64,000 bases of DNA, taken from positions 32,001 to 96,000 of the IMG/VR virus record IMGVR_UViG_3300025848_000001; one strand, 5' to 3'. Made by a program: the position numbers and the translations under genes. Each line of letters opens with the position of its first letter. Positions within the stretch are counted from its first letter, which is position 1. Positions 12,666-23,545 of the stretch are shown here, piece after piece. The notes beneath the pieces were generated by a model. That model did no database searches, had not been told where the DNA came from, and worked only from the letters and a program-made list of their open reading frames with translations. The stretch is from a virus (lineage: Duplodnaviria > Caudoviricetes).

Positions 12666-13434
12666 CTATTTCTCCAGTTTCTGCTAACTCTGCATCATAT
12701 TCTTTCCAATCTGGAGTTATTCTTTTACCTTTGTTTCTTATCTCTTCCCACTCTTTTTGTTCTACAGCCTGCTTTGCTCTTGTTTCTTTAATTTCATCTT
12801 CCCAAGAAGATTTCTTATTTACATCATAAGCTTCCTCTGGCCTATCATCCCAAAATGATCCCACTGTGTATCTGTCATTTTTTGTTACAATTGTTACTTC
12901 ATGCATATTTTCATGGCCACCATCAAATATTGCGTACATACCAGCTTTTGGCTTTATACTTAAATCAAAATTTTTAAAATTTAATTCGCCTCCGCCAAAA
13001 TCATCATTGAGATACAAGAATCCTGCATATCTACTTCTTTCAAATGCGCTAGGAACTCCATCGTAGCTATTATCTGAATGAAATCCAGCAAATGCCCCAG
13101 GAATCCATTTTTGAGAATGAAAACTAATTTTATAAGCTGGGCCTCCAATAATTTGTTCTGCTCCCCATTTAAATTTTTCTTCTAAGTCTTCAAAAAAATT
13201 ATTTGGAAGTCCTGCATCTTTATACCATTTTTCTAAAGTCTTTGGATTGTTTGTAAGCTGATGCGGCATATTGTATGCATATGACTCATAAAAAGAAATT
13301 GGATGCCAGGAAAAATCTCCAGACTCTATTAAGTTATTAAACATTTTTATAATACCAGCACATTCCTCTGGCGTTATAAAATCTTCATAAACCCATACTG
13401 GGTGATCTCCTTCTCTATATTTTATTAAATTCAT
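12658..13434 (-). CDS. 2OG-Fe(II) oxygenase (P4H-like)
   Basis: HSD...YLNDDFGGGE...HEV...DRY. Confidence 0.88.
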   Translation of the reverse strand: MNLIKYREGDHPVWVYEDFITPEECAGIIKMFNNLIESGDFSWHPISFYESYAYNMPHQLTNNPKTLEKWYKDAGLPNNFFEDLEEKFKWGAEQIIGGPAYKISFHSQKWIPGAFAGFHSDNSYDGVPSAFERSRYAGFLYLNDDFGGGELNFKNFDLSIKPKAGMYAIFDGGHENMHEVTIVTKNDRYTVGSFWDDRPEEAYDVNKKSSWEDEIKETRAKQAVEQKEWEEIRNKGKRITPDWKEYDAELAETGEIDA

Positions 13435-14281
13435 TTATATAAATCTCCTTCTAATGGAATGTTTTCAATTATATCTTCATAAGGAATAATCTTTCCATCT
13501 TTAACATATAACATATTTCTTGGATCTTCATAAGCAACTCTTTCTAGTTCTTGCTTAGCCCATCTGTACGCTCCCAATCTTTTTTGATTAGCAAGCCATT
13601 CCTGTGACCCATCATAATCTGTCATAATAAAATTTCTAATAAAAAACTTATTGCCGTCTGGTATTGTTTTTACTCCATGCCAATATGGCTCGCCTGATGG
13701 AAAAACAACAATGTCTCCAGCTTTTGGCTTATGGTTTATAAACTGACCATCTATATAAAATTCTATATCTCCACCATTATAATTATCATTTATATAAAAA
13801 GTGCATGTAGTATGAAATTTTTCTCCTGGCATATCTTTTTGAGAAATAATAAAATCCGTATGATATTGCATTGTCATTTTATTATTTAACTGATCAATTT
13901 TATTAAAGTATTTACACCAAGATTGTCCGCTATATCTTGCATTTTCTGGAATTTTAATATTAGTATGTTTAAAATAATGTGAAATTGCTTTATCGTAAGA
14001 AACAGCTATCTCTTCATATAATTTTTTTTCTTCTTCAAAAATAATGCCTTTTTCGGCAGAATCAATTTCGCCTTCGCCTTTTGCCTGTGTATAAGTTCCA
14101 AAATGTGCCCAAGCATCCCATGTTTTAAAAAAATATTTTCCGTTACTGCTTTCTTCTGATCTCATCATAATTTTATATGCACTATCTGGATCAGACAACA
14201 TATTTCTATATACAATTATTCCTGGATATATTTCTTCCCAAGATAGCTCGTGTAAATCTTCTCTTAAATTTAAGTTATGCA
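13431..14281 (-). CDS. 2OG-Fe(II) oxygenase (P4H-like)
   Basis: HTD...YINDNYNGGD...HGV...GNKF; start uncertain (14281 or 14300). Confidence 0.85.
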
Positions 14282-15045
14282 TTTTGCGAATCTCCTCCAA
14301 AATATTTCTGCCATGCTGGTGATTTATAAAAATTATTTTCCGAACCTTCTGGTGGTTGTTTTTCTCCAGTATGCTTTAGGATGGTCCAAAAAAATGGAGA
14401 TGTAAATCTATTACCAGATCTTACTGGACGAACTCCATGTACATAATGTTTATCGCCTGGGAAAAAATATGCTGCACCAGCTTTGGGCTTGAACTCTATA
14501 CCCTGTCTTGGGAAATATAATTCTCCTCCTTCATAATCGTCATTAAAATAAAATAAGCCAGCAATGTCATACCATGGAAAATCATTTGGTCTTCCTTCTT
14601 CTAATCCAGTATGAAATTCTTTATCTGCGTGTGGTTCTTGTCTTGCCCCTACAGGCCATCTAACTATAGCAGGACCTGTCGCTTGAACATCAACATTAAA
14701 AAATTTATCTACTTCTATTTTTAATCTATCAATCATTTGCCACAATAAATCAACTATCTCTGGGTCAGATTTCATCAAAGAATTACCAGTACACACTCTA
14801 TCTTTCCAAATATTAGCATCATATAAAACAATACCATCTTCATCTACGTGTGTTTCTGTTTCGTCCCAAACTTTATTATTTAAAGCAAAATTTATTAATC
14901 TTTCTTTTTCTTCTTCTGTTAAAAAATTTGGAAGCTCTACTATATTACTAATATCTGTACCAAAAAATCCAGATGGGGTTACAGATATTGGGGCTCTTCC
15001 TCCGCCCATTATACCTTGATTTACTATTTCCACTGATTCTCCCAT
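14275..15045 (-). CDS. 2OG-Fe(II) oxygenase (P4H-like)
   Basis: HAD...YFNDDYEGGE...HGVRPV..GNRF. Confidence 0.88.
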   Translation of the reverse strand: MGESVEIVNQGIMGGGRAPISVTPSGFFGTDISNIVELPNFLTEEEKERLINFALNNKVWDETETHVDEDGIVLYDANIWKDRVCTGNSLMKSDPEIVDLLWQMIDRLKIEVDKFFNVDVQATGPAIVRWPVGARQEPHADKEFHTGLEEGRPNDFPWYDIAGLFYFNDDYEGGELYFPRQGIEFKPKAGAAYFFPGDKHYVHGVRPVRSGNRFTSPFFWTILKHTGEKQPPEGSENNFYKSPAWQKYFGGDSQNA

Positions 15046-15069
15046 ACTATTAATATATCATATTTAAAT

Positions 15070-15798
15070 TTAAATATCTATAGTTTTATCAATAATCTTT
15101 AATTTTATTGATTTTACTTCATGTTCGCCTATTGAATTTCCTTTATGATCAACTGCATCTCTATAAAAATTAGACCATTCTGCTTTCTTATTTAATTCAA
15201 TAATTGCTTGAGAGTATCCAATATTATCAGCATGATCATCACTTTCATGATTTAATATATGAACTTCTGAATTATTTATATTTGAAAGTGATATTGGAAT
15301 TATTGAACATATTGGATGACCTGCTGGAATTGTTATTTCTGTATTTGGTTTTGTTATCATCCAGGCTACTGGTAATTCCCCTTTAAAAAATGAAGTACTT
15401 ATTAATGTAGTAAAACATTGTGCCCCGTCAATAAAAAAATTAGGGGCTGGCATAGTAAGCAATGTAGTATTTTCATCGGTTTTAAATTTAATACCTGTAT
15501 TAAAACTTATTGTTGAATTTGCCCTTCCAGTGTAGGCATATTTTTCTCCTTTTATAATTTTAACATGTTTATCAGCAGAGTCAGAGATACCGTCCCAAAT
15601 AAATGTAATGTCTTCTGGAAATGATAAATACCAGCCTAATGTATTTGTTAATGTAACTGGAAAACAATGATACGCATGTTTTTTCCAAGTTTTATCCATC
15701 CAATTTCTTTTTACTGGTAAAGTATTTATTTGTGATAAATTTTTATTAGTAAGATATGCCTTTATGACTTCCATCTTTATCACTTTCTCTTGGCACAT
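15070..15798 (-). CDS. DUF6065-like protein
   Basis: HAYHCFPVTLTNTLGW, PAPNF, WMITKPN..ITIPAGHPI pattern; start may be internal (MEVIKAY). Confidence 0.6.
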   Translation of the reverse strand: MCQEKVIKMEVIKAYLTNKNLSQINTLPVKRNWMDKTWKKHAYHCFPVTLTNTLGWYLSFPEDITFIWDGISDSADKHVKIIKGEKYAYTGRANSTISFNTGIKFKTDENTTLLTMPAPNFFIDGAQCFTTLISTSFFKGELPVAWMITKPNTEITIPAGHPICSIIPISLSNINNSEVHILNHESDDHADNIGYSQAIIELNKKAEWSNFYRDAVDHKGNSIGEHEVKSIKLKIIDKTIDI

Positions 15799-16447
15799 TA
15801 GAATTCATTTTTTTCATTCTAAGCATATCAAAATCTGGATTATGTGTATTATCGTTATAATCCAACATAGTAACTATAGAATATTTTGTTCCAGTAGTGA
15901 CTGGTTTTGCTACATGAGAAAATAAATAAGTAGATGGGAATATAACAATATCGCCAGCCTCTGGCTTAATTGTTAATTTAAGTTTTGGAAAATAAAGTTC
16001 TCCACCTTCATAATCATCATTTGGATAAGAAACTAAAGATACTGTGGCTATATAAGAATATCCGTGATCTGAATGCTCTTGAAAATGTTGACCTGGGCCA
16101 TATTTAATAAAATTCATGGCTTCCCAATATTTCATTTCAATATTATACATTCTGCAATAATCTTTGACTGCATTAATTTGCATATCATATGCGTACTGCC
16201 AAATGTCGTTTAATTCTTTTCTTGCGTTATCCATGTCCATAACTTGTATGTTTTGTATTTTAAAATCAACACAATCTCTATAAGATGGAACTTTTTGAGC
16301 ATACCCTACAGTAGCTTCTGCCCAACTATATTTATCTGGATATTTTTTTAAAAAATTTTCTACATTATCAATTATATTTTTATTGATCTGATTTTTGTAT
16401 ACCCAGATTCCAGCAAATACTTCTTGCTTAACAATGTCATTAGACAC
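15746..16447 (-). CDS. 2OG-Fe(II) oxygenase (P4H-like)
   Basis: HSD...YPNDDYEGGE...FPS..H.AKPV..GTKY. Confidence 0.88.
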   Translation of the reverse strand: MSNDIVKQEVFAGIWVYKNQINKNIIDNVENFLKKYPDKYSWAEATVGYAQKVPSYRDCVDFKIQNIQVMDMDNARKELNDIWQYAYDMQINAVKDYCRMYNIEMKYWEAMNFIKYGPGQHFQEHSDHGYSYIATVSLVSYPNDDYEGGELYFPKLKLTIKPEAGDIVIFPSTYLFSHVAKPVTTGTKYSIVTMLDYNDNTHNPDFDMLRMKKMNSNVPRESDKDGSHKGISY

Positions 16448-16455
16448 TAATATCT

Positions 16456-16872
16456 CTATTCTTTAAACTGTGTACCGTCCCATGACATTCCAATTTTTAA
16501 ATTAGAATATTCCATATCAGTACAATCTACAGCAATAACCCCTTCGGATTCTGCAATATTAAATAGCGCTTTTCTTTTTTCTGTCCAAACTTTTATAATA
16601 CCTTTTACTGAGTTATCTTGAACTATCGCAAAAGCATATGGAGAATCTGTTGCTTTTCTTTCTAATTCACCTTCTACAAAAGAAGAAGTATTTGGATCCC
16701 ATACAGATCCAATTTGTACCTTTTTATTATTAGAAACATCTTTTAATAAAATAGGGTTGGAAAGAATTGAAGTATATCTTTCAACTCTTTCCAAGCTATC
16801 TCTAGATTCTTCTAGGTCGATAAACTCTATAATACCGTTAGTATTTGTGACAAGTGCCCAAACTTTTTTCAT
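16456..16872 (-). CDS. Hypothetical protein with two internal IG..WD repeats (fibre-assembly-like)
   Basis: VQIGSVWD and LKIGMSWDG repeats. Confidence 0.6.
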   Translation of the reverse strand: MKKVWALVTNTNGIIEFIDLEESRDSLERVERYTSILSNPILLKDVSNNKKVQIGSVWDPNTSSFVEGELERKATDSPYAFAIVQDNSVKGIIKVWTEKRKALFNIAESEGVIAVDCTDMEYSNLKIGMSWDGTQFKE

Positions 16873-16890
16873 TTTTTTCTCCTTATGTGT

Positions 16891-16919
16891 AGTGTACCAA
16901 AATTATATAATTTAGTCAA
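16891..16919 (-). promoter_or_regulatory. Sigma70-type promoter for the oxygenase/glycosyltransferase cassette
   Basis: Minus strand TTGACT-17 bp-TACACT with TG extension. Confidence 0.7.
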
Positions 16920-16921
16920 TA

Positions 16922-17815
16922 TTAATAAAATCTTGGCGACCAGAAACCACCGAATCCTGGAGGCGCAAAGAATCCTGGAGGCGCAAAGAATCCTGGAGGC
17001 GCAAAGAATCCTGGAGGCGCAAAGAATGATGGAGGCGCAAAGAATGATGGAGGCGCAAAGAATGATGGAGGCGCAAAGAATGATGGTGGGAAAAATGGAG
17101 GCGCAAAAAATCCTGGTGGGAAAAATGGAGGCGCAAAAAATCCTGGTGGGAAAAATGGCGGCGCAAAGAATCCTGGTGGGAAAAATGGCGGGCTAAAAAA
17201 TGATGGAGCTAATGTTGTTACAGGAGCTGAATATATACTAAATGCTCCAGAACCGTTAGCATTTCTAGCTCTAACTCTATAAGACTGGCTAGTATTTGGC
17301 TCATTTGTTATTGTTGTGCTACCACTACCTGCTTGTGTTACAGTTTTTGTTTTTGCTGGAGTTTCATTAGATTCAATATAATAATCTATAATTGTTGAAC
17401 CACCATCTGCTGGAGCAGTCCATGTGACTGTATCAGCATCTACTCCTGCCGTTGCTCCTGGCTGACTTGGTGCAGCTGGAACTGTTGTTACAACTATTGC
17501 AGAACTTGTTGTTCCAACACATTCCCCGTAAGCATCATATGATCTAATTGTATATGTATTAGAAGAACCTGTTGCTAATAAGGTATCTGAATAAGTGTTT
17601 GATGGGTGCGCTACAGTTGCAATTAACGATCCATTTCTATAAACTTTATAACCCGATGGAGTATTACCTGTAGATGGATTTGTCCAAGACAAATCTATTC
17701 TTCCATCATTGTATGGTCTGTTAGAAGGAAGAGGTGTAACAACTAAATTAGTCACACACGCTGGTCCGATAAAGTTATCTTGTGCTGATGACTTTGTACC
17801 TATATTTTTTGTCAT
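16922..17815 (-). CDS. Two-FN3-domain protein with a C-terminal Pro/Phe repeat tail
   Basis: LSWT..P.GYKVYR and TWTAP.DGGS.I..Y FN3 motifs; tail of (APPFFPPGFF)n and (APP[SG]FF)n. Confidence 0.85.
   Translation of the reverse strand: MTKNIGTKSSAQDNFIGPACVTNLVVTPLPSNRPYNDGRIDLSWTNPSTGNTPSGYKVYRNGSLIATVAHPSNTYSDTLLATGSSNTYTIRSYDAYGECVGTTSSAIVVTTVPAAPSQPGATAGVDADTVTWTAPADGGSTIIDYYIESNETPAKTKTVTQAGSGSTTITNEPNTSQSYRVRARNANGSGAFSIYSAPVTTLAPSFFSPPFFPPGFFAPPFFPPGFFAPPFFPPGFFAPPFFPPSFFAPPSFFAPPSFFAPPSFFAPPGFFAPPGFFAPPGFFAPPGFGGFWSPRFY
16950..17210. repeat. Coding tandem repeats of 18 nt (GGAGGCGCAAAGAATCCT/GAT) and 30 nt
   Basis: Directly visible; encode the PP/FF repeat. Confidence 0.9.
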
Positions 17816-17832
17816 TATTTATCCCCTATTCT

Positions 17833-20800
17833 TTATGCTTTCAAATCTCCAGCAAGCAACCAGGTGTTGGTTGCAACTTTAGTAAGCGTTGCTGATGAAT
17901 ATGTTGTTCTTAATGTTGCTCCTGGTGTAGCTAATATTGAAACTGATACATCAGCTCCAACAAAATTACCACCTGTGCCTGCTGATTGATAAAAGCTTAT
18001 TGTTGTTCCAACTGGATAAGCAGTAGTTGCATTTGTTGGAACTGTTATAGCGTGTGCTCCACCAACTGGAATTAATTGATCTCTTAATGCTAACCCACCT
18101 GTTGATAAGTTATAAGCACCTGTTGTAGCTGCTGCAATTGTTGTTAATGATGGAACTGCAGCTTTTGTTTGTGTTCCATCTGTGAATGCTACTCCAGATG
18201 CTGCAACTGTTACGGTTCCTGTAAATGTTGGATTTGCAGTTGGAGCCTTTGCATCTAATTGTGTTTGAATTGCTGAAGTAACACCATCAAGGTATCCAAT
18301 TTCTGTATCTGAAACTCCAGACACTCTGTATTGAACAGTTGATGAATCTACGGCAAGTGTACCTGGTGTAGTTTCTGTTAAACCAGTTCCAGCAGTTACT
18401 GCCTTAGCGGCGTTAAATGCTGCGTATGTAACATTTGTTGTTCCAATTGTAATTGCTGATGTATTAGAGCAAACATATCCATAACCTGAGTTTACTGTAC
18501 CTTCAAGAACAAGAGTAAAATCTCCACCCTTTAATTCTCCGTCTGGTGTATTATCTGCATCTGTTGCTCTTGTCCATGAACCTGAAGCAACTACATAAAT
18601 ACCATTTTGTGTCTGTGTAGTTTGATCTTTTACAAGAACACGATCACCGACTGATAGAGAAACTCCATCAATTGTTTGTGTTCCGCTAAGCGTAATATTT
18701 CCTGTTGTAGCAACACGAACTGGCTGATGGAAATTAATTCCTGCAGTTACATTGTCTACATATGCTTTTGTTGCTGCATGTGCGTCTTGTGTAGGTGCGC
18801 CCGAAAGTGTAAGTGCTCCTGTCATTGTTCCGCCAGCAAGAGATAGCTTAGCATCTAACGCTGTTTGTGTTGCAGTAGAAACTGGCTTATTAGCATCTGA
18901 TGTATTGTCTACGTTACCAAGGCCAACCATTGACTTAGATACACCAGAAACTGTTCCAGTAAATGTTGGAGAAGCAATAGGTGCATAAGTTGAAGCGGCA
19001 GTAGCAGAATTTAATTTAGAATCTATCTGTGTTTGAATTGCAGACGTAACGCCATCTAAATATCCTAATTCAGTACTTGAAACATCTCCAACTGAAGTTG
19101 TAGATGGCAAAACAACAGTTCCTGTAAAAGTAGGTCCAGCAAGAGGAGCTTTAAGAGCTAAATCTGATGTGAGGTTAGCAATCTTAGATTGTTCAATTGC
19201 TGCAGAAGAGTTAATATCTGCATTTACAATTGTTGCATTTGCAATCTTTGCTGATGTTATAGAACCATCAAGAATTTTAATTTCTGTTACTGCATCGTCT
19301 GCAAGTTTTGCAGTTGTAACAGATTCGGCTGCAATTTTATCAGTTGTTACATTACTATCTGCAATTTTAGCTGTTGTAACAGAATCAGAAGCTAATTTAT
19401 CAGATGTTACTGCTTGATTATTTATTTTTTCTGTTGTAACTGATATATTATCTAACTTGGAAGTCGAAACAGCTCCATCTGCAATTTTACTATCTATAAC
19501 AGAAGAGTCTGCTAGTCTTGTAGTGGTAACAGACCCTACGGCAAGCTTGTCTGTTGTAATTGCATCATCTAATATTTTTTCTGTTGTTACTGCATCTGTT
19601 GCAATTTTTGTATTTGTTACAGCAGCAAATCCAATCTTATCTTCTGTTACTGCTGAATCTGCTAATTTAGCTGTAGTAACGTTACTGTCTGCTATTTTAA
19701 TAGTAGTAACGTTATCATCTGCTATTTTCTCAGTAGTTACAGCCTGAACATCTATTTTTGCTGTTGTAATACTTGCATTTGCAATTTTATCAGTTGTTAC
19801 AGCATTATTTGCAATTTTTTGAGTTATTACAGAATCATCTACTGGGGTTCTTTCATTATTTAATCTTATATCGTCTGTATAAACTAAATTAGCTGTATTA
19901 TTTATACCGTGTATATTAGTTGTTAAATTTTGATGTGCTGTGAGCGCATTATCAGTATTTGAAATTAATCCTGTAACTGTAGATGCAAAACTTTCATCAT
20001 CATTAATTGCTGCTGCAAGTTCATTTAATGTATTAAGAAGTCCTGGAGCTCCATCTACTAAATTATTAACTGCAGTAGAAACAAATGCAGTTGTAGCAAT
20101 TTGAGTTGTATTTGTCGATGGATCTGCTGTTGGAGCAGTTGGAGTTCCTGTTAATGCAGGGGATGTTAATGATTTAGAAGTTAATGTCTGATTTCCATCA
20201 AGAGTAACTAATGCTGCTGTATCTACAATTCCATGAACATTTGTTTGATCACTATTATGATTATCTAAAGCGTCTGATGCTGCTGAAATTGCTGCAACTT
20301 GTGCATTTAATGCTGAATTGTCTGCATAGTCTGTTGCATTTGTTAATTGACTTAGTGGAACTAGCGTGTCTGCATCTAATGTGGCTACGCCTAATGCTGT
20401 TCCTTTTTCTGATAGTGGAACATAATCTCCAATAGTGTTATTAAGATTATTTCCTAAATTAGTAATTTCATCATCTACATATTGTTTTGTAGAAATTACA
20501 TCGGTATCAACTGATACTGTTAGGGTATTTGCAGCATCATTATAATTCTTTGTTATACCTGTTCCCGCCGTCAAAGCTTGATCGATAGAATCCTGGGCAA
20601 CTTCAGCTAATTCTGCCTTAGTAGCAATTACGGAAGTATCAACAGATACTGTTATTGTGTTTGCGCCATCATTATATGACTTAACAATACCAGTTCCAGC
20701 AACAAGGGCTGCGTCAATAGCATCTTGTGCTATTTCGCTAATTTCTGGATTGTCTGCTGCTATATAATTTAATGAAGCCCAGCCAGTGGTGCCATCACCA

Positions 20801-20916
20801 ATTTTAACTTTTCGTGTGTCTGTTTCAACACCCATTTCGCCAGCTGCTAGAATTGGGTTTGCGCTGGTCCATTGAGAGGCTGTACCTCTTCTAATTTGTA
20901 ATCTTACTGTTGCCAT
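17833..20916 (-). CDS. Long tail fibre with Mtd/hyaluronidase-type N-terminus and 10-aa repeats
   Basis: QIRRGTASQW..NPILAAGEMGVETDT..KIGDG; about 20 VTTxKIAxxx repeats; VRVATTGNITLSG..IDGV..GDRVLVKDQ module. Confidence 0.85.
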   Translation of the reverse strand: MATVRLQIRRGTASQWTSANPILAAGEMGVETDTRKVKIGDGTTGWASLNYIAADNPEISEIAQDAIDAALVAGTGIVKSYNDGANTITVSVDTSVIATKAELAEVAQDSIDQALTAGTGITKNYNDAANTLTVSVDTDVISTKQYVDDEITNLGNNLNNTIGDYVPLSEKGTALGVATLDADTLVPLSQLTNATDYADNSALNAQVAAISAASDALDNHNSDQTNVHGIVDTAALVTLDGNQTLTSKSLTSPALTGTPTAPTADPSTNTTQIATTAFVSTAVNNLVDGAPGLLNTLNELAAAINDDESFASTVTGLISNTDNALTAHQNLTTNIHGINNTANLVYTDDIRLNNERTPVDDSVITQKIANNAVTTDKIANASITTAKIDVQAVTTEKIADDNVTTIKIADSNVTTAKLADSAVTEDKIGFAAVTNTKIATDAVTTEKILDDAITTDKLAVGSVTTTRLADSSVIDSKIADGAVSTSKLDNISVTTEKINNQAVTSDKLASDSVTTAKIADSNVTTDKIAAESVTTAKLADDAVTEIKILDGSITSAKIANATIVNADINSSAAIEQSKIANLTSDLALKAPLAGPTFTGTVVLPSTTSVGDVSSTELGYLDGVTSAIQTQIDSKLNSATAASTYAPIASPTFTGTVSGVSKSMVGLGNVDNTSDANKPVSTATQTALDAKLSLAGGTMTGALTLSGAPTQDAHAATKAYVDNVTAGINFHQPVRVATTGNITLSGTQTIDGVSLSVGDRVLVKDQTTQTQNGIYVVASGSWTRATDADNTPDGELKGGDFTLVLEGTVNSGYGYVCSNTSAITIGTTNVTYAAFNAAKAVTAGTGLTETTPGTLAVDSSTVQYRVSGVSDTEIGYLDGVTSAIQTQLDAKAPTANPTFTGTVTVAASGVAFTDGTQTKAAVPSLTTIAAATTGAYNLSTGGLALRDQLIPVGGAHAITVPTNATTAYPVGTTISFYQSAGTGGNFVGADVSVSILATPGATLRTTYSSATLTKVATNTWLLAGDLKA

Positions 20917-20962
20917 TTTATTTTATACCCCTATATTAGAATTATACCATTTGCTAATTTTA

Positions 20963-21283
20963 TCAGGCTACTGTTCCTGAATCAAACGTTAAAGCAAATG
21001 ATGAAGTGCTTGGGGAACCGCCATCGGCCATTTTATTTGCCTCAGTGATAACCCCATCCCCACCAACAGAATATATTGGTGCGCCATTATAATCAATAGC
21101 TAGATCTATGTCGTTAAATCCCATATCATTTGAATCTGATATATCGATCCATTGACCATTGACCTGAATTCTTAATTTATTATTATCTGTATTAAATGCG
21201 AGGGGCACTGAGCCTAATGTAACCTGTCCTGATTGGACTACAAGGTTATTCTTTACTTTAAAATCTCTATTTGTTGTTGACAC
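20963..21283 (-). CDS. Small structural protein
   Basis: N-terminus (NRDFKVKNNLVV) resembles that of 21349-22977. Confidence 0.65.
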   Translation of the reverse strand: MSTTNRDFKVKNNLVVQSGQVTLGSVPLAFNTDNNKLRIQVNGQWIDISDSNDMGFNDIDLAIDYNGAPIYSVGGDGVITEANKMADGGSPSTSSFALTFDSGTVA

Positions 21284-21307
21284 GAGTTCAATATCCCCCG
21301 AATTTTA

Positions 21308-21331
21308 GGTGGGGGATTTTATTCCCCCACC
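21308..21331 (-). terminator. Hairpin/terminator
   Basis: GGTGGGGGA-ttttat-TCCCCCACC. Confidence 0.65.
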
Positions 21332-21348
21332 AATTAATTATTTAGTTT

Positions 21349-22977
21349 TTATGAACCGATTAAGGTTCCAGCAACCACTACGGTGCTGTTGTTATTTAGA
21401 GTTGTTACTCTAATTCTTACTTTGTTTGTATCAAAATCTGCTGAAATTGTAGATAGTGATCCATTTGTTCCAACCATACCATATTCAGTAAAGTGTACGT
21501 TATTGCTTGTATCAGTTGTTACAAGAATTTCAGACAATTCTGTATGTGTTCCAGCTGCTACCTTTACGGTAAATTTACCGCTTGTAAATCCATTATGATT
21601 CCATTGATAAGCAGTTACTGTACTAGCTGTTGGAACAGTTACTTTAGCTGCAACATTCTTTGCAAGACCATTAAAGTCAATTGCTGCATATACTGGCTCT
21701 GCTACTGCATTACCTGCAAGAATTGCTCCATCTGTATAAGATTGTGCGGAAGCAACTGCATCAGTTTCTGCCTGATCTACATATTGCTTTGTAGCTGCAT
21801 GTAAAGCATTTACTGGATCTGCATTAAGTGTTAATGCTCCAGTCATTGTATCGCCAGCCTTGGCGACCTTTTCTCCAATTGATGCTGTTACTGTTGTAAC
21901 AAAGTTCTCATCATCACCAATGGCTGCTGCTAATTCATTTAATGTATCAAGCAGGGCTGGTGCAGAATCAACAAGATCTGCAACTGCATCATCAACATAT
22001 TGTTTAGTTGAAATTACATCTGTGTCAACAGAAATTGCTCCTGTTGCATCATCATAAGAAAGTCCATTTCCTACGGCATTTCCTACCGCATCCTGTGCTC
22101 TTTCATCTGTAAAATATTTATTGGAAGAACCCTCTTCGATGTCATCTGTATCTAATGCATTAATTGCATTATCTGTATAGGTTTGTGCATTTCCTTCAGC
22201 TGTTGAAGCTGCTCCATATGCATCATATGTTCCAGAAGTTACATTGATAATACCATCTGCGGCATTATATGTAATTCCTGTTCCAGCCGATACTGCATTT
22301 CTTGCACGACCATTTGTGAAGTATAAATTAGATGAACCTTCATCAATATTATCTGTGGTTGCATTATCTATTGCAGAAGAAGCTGCATTGTCAGCATATG
22401 TCTTTGTAGCAATTGTATTGTCTACAGAAACTACGCCAGTTGAGTTATCATAAGATATTCCTGTTCCGCCAGAAATTGCTTGACGGGCACGTGTATTTGT
22501 AAAATAAAGATTAGTTGTGCCTTCTGCCAAATCATCTGTATCAGAATCTGCTACACCATTTTCAGCAGTAATTGTAAGACCAGCGCCAGTACCAGTAATT
22601 GTAATATTGGTTAAATTAGCATTAGTTAATAAATCTGCTGCTGATGTTTTAGCACGAGCATCTGTAAAATATTGATTTGTGCCTTCTGCAAGGTCGTCTG
22701 TATCGTGATTTGATAAACTAGAAACTGTACCAGTTACATCACCAGTTACATTACCAGATAAGTTTGCTGTTATTGTGCCAGCTGAGAAATTGCCAGACCC
22801 GTCACGCTTTACAACAGCGTTTGCTGTATTCGTAGAAGTTGCTTGCCCACCAATAAGGTTGACGATATAACTATCTGATCCACCTTCTACTAATATATTT
22901 TGACCATTTACTGTAGCTGTTGATCCTTCAACTACGAGGCCATTTTTAATTCTAAAGTTTTTGTTAACTGTTGCCAC
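21349..22977 (-). CDS. Tail fibre-like protein with TDDLxEGxxNxYFTxxRA repeats
   Basis: Four copies of the repeat; LDTLNELAAA and MTGALTL fibre motifs. Confidence 0.8.
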   Translation of the reverse strand: MATVNKNFRIKNGLVVEGSTATVNGQNILVEGGSDSYIVNLIGGQATSTNTANAVVKRDGSGNFSAGTITANLSGNVTGDVTGTVSSLSNHDTDDLAEGTNQYFTDARAKTSAADLLTNANLTNITITGTGAGLTITAENGVADSDTDDLAEGTTNLYFTNTRARQAISGGTGISYDNSTGVVSVDNTIATKTYADNAASSAIDNATTDNIDEGSSNLYFTNGRARNAVSAGTGITYNAADGIINVTSGTYDAYGAASTAEGNAQTYTDNAINALDTDDIEEGSSNKYFTDERAQDAVGNAVGNGLSYDDATGAISVDTDVISTKQYVDDAVADLVDSAPALLDTLNELAAAIGDDENFVTTVTASIGEKVAKAGDTMTGALTLNADPVNALHAATKQYVDQAETDAVASAQSYTDGAILAGNAVAEPVYAAIDFNGLAKNVAAKVTVPTASTVTAYQWNHNGFTSGKFTVKVAAGTHTELSEILVTTDTSNNVHFTEYGMVGTNGSLSTISADFDTNKVRIRVTTLNNNSTVVVAGTLIGS

Positions 22978-22993
22978 TCTGACAACCCCCTAT

Positions 22994-23545
22994 TTAAGCT
23001 TTAAGCGCAGTTCTTACAAATCTGGCTGTAACAGCAGAACTTGTAGGAGTTACGCATAAACTAATTATACCTGCATTTGATTCAAAAGTGACGGAAGCAA
23101 GATTATTTGAGGTATTTGAGATAATATTACTTTCTGATACGTTAATATCAGTGCCATCGTTTAATAATAAGAAGTCTGATGTATGGTATTCAGATCCTCT
23201 TGTTATTTGAAGATTATATTTAATTGTTCTATATACTGATGCCGCCCATGTATCTACAGCAGTCTTGTTTTCTATACCTGTTATAGTAAGGTCATTATTG
23301 CCTTCTAGTCCAAGTAATTCTAATGTAGAATCTGATTGATTATCTAAATCAGATAATTGAGATTCTAGCTGTGAAACTTTATAGTCTATAGAGCTTGCAT
23401 TTGCAGATCCATCTACGCCAAGTTTCGCTTGTATTGCTTCAATAGCATCATTTACATTTCCATGTAGTGCAGCATGTCCTGCCATGCTATCTGTGCCATT
23501 TGGATTGTTTAGGTTATCTAAACTTGCTGGGAAATTAGTTGCCAA
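22994..23545 (-). CDS. Structural protein (fibre-associated)
   Basis: MATNFPASLD...NDAIEAIQAKLG motif typical of virion fibre proteins. Confidence 0.65.
   Translation of the reverse strand: MATNFPASLDNLNNPNGTDSMAGHAALHGNVNDAIEAIQAKLGVDGSANASSIDYKVSQLESQLSDLDNQSDSTLELLGLEGNNDLTITGIENKTAVDTWAASVYRTIKYNLQITRGSEYHTSDFLLLNDGTDINVSESNIISNTSNNLASVTFESNAGIISLCVTPTSSAVTARFVRTALKA

Noticed and set aside
16885-17196. ORFs with ILEAQR or LRLHHS repeats
   Set aside because: Alternative frames of the PPFF repeat with no RBS
16950-17210. 18/30-nt repeats as a CRISPR array
   Set aside because: The repeats are contiguous with no spacers and are in-frame coding; no cas genes are visible
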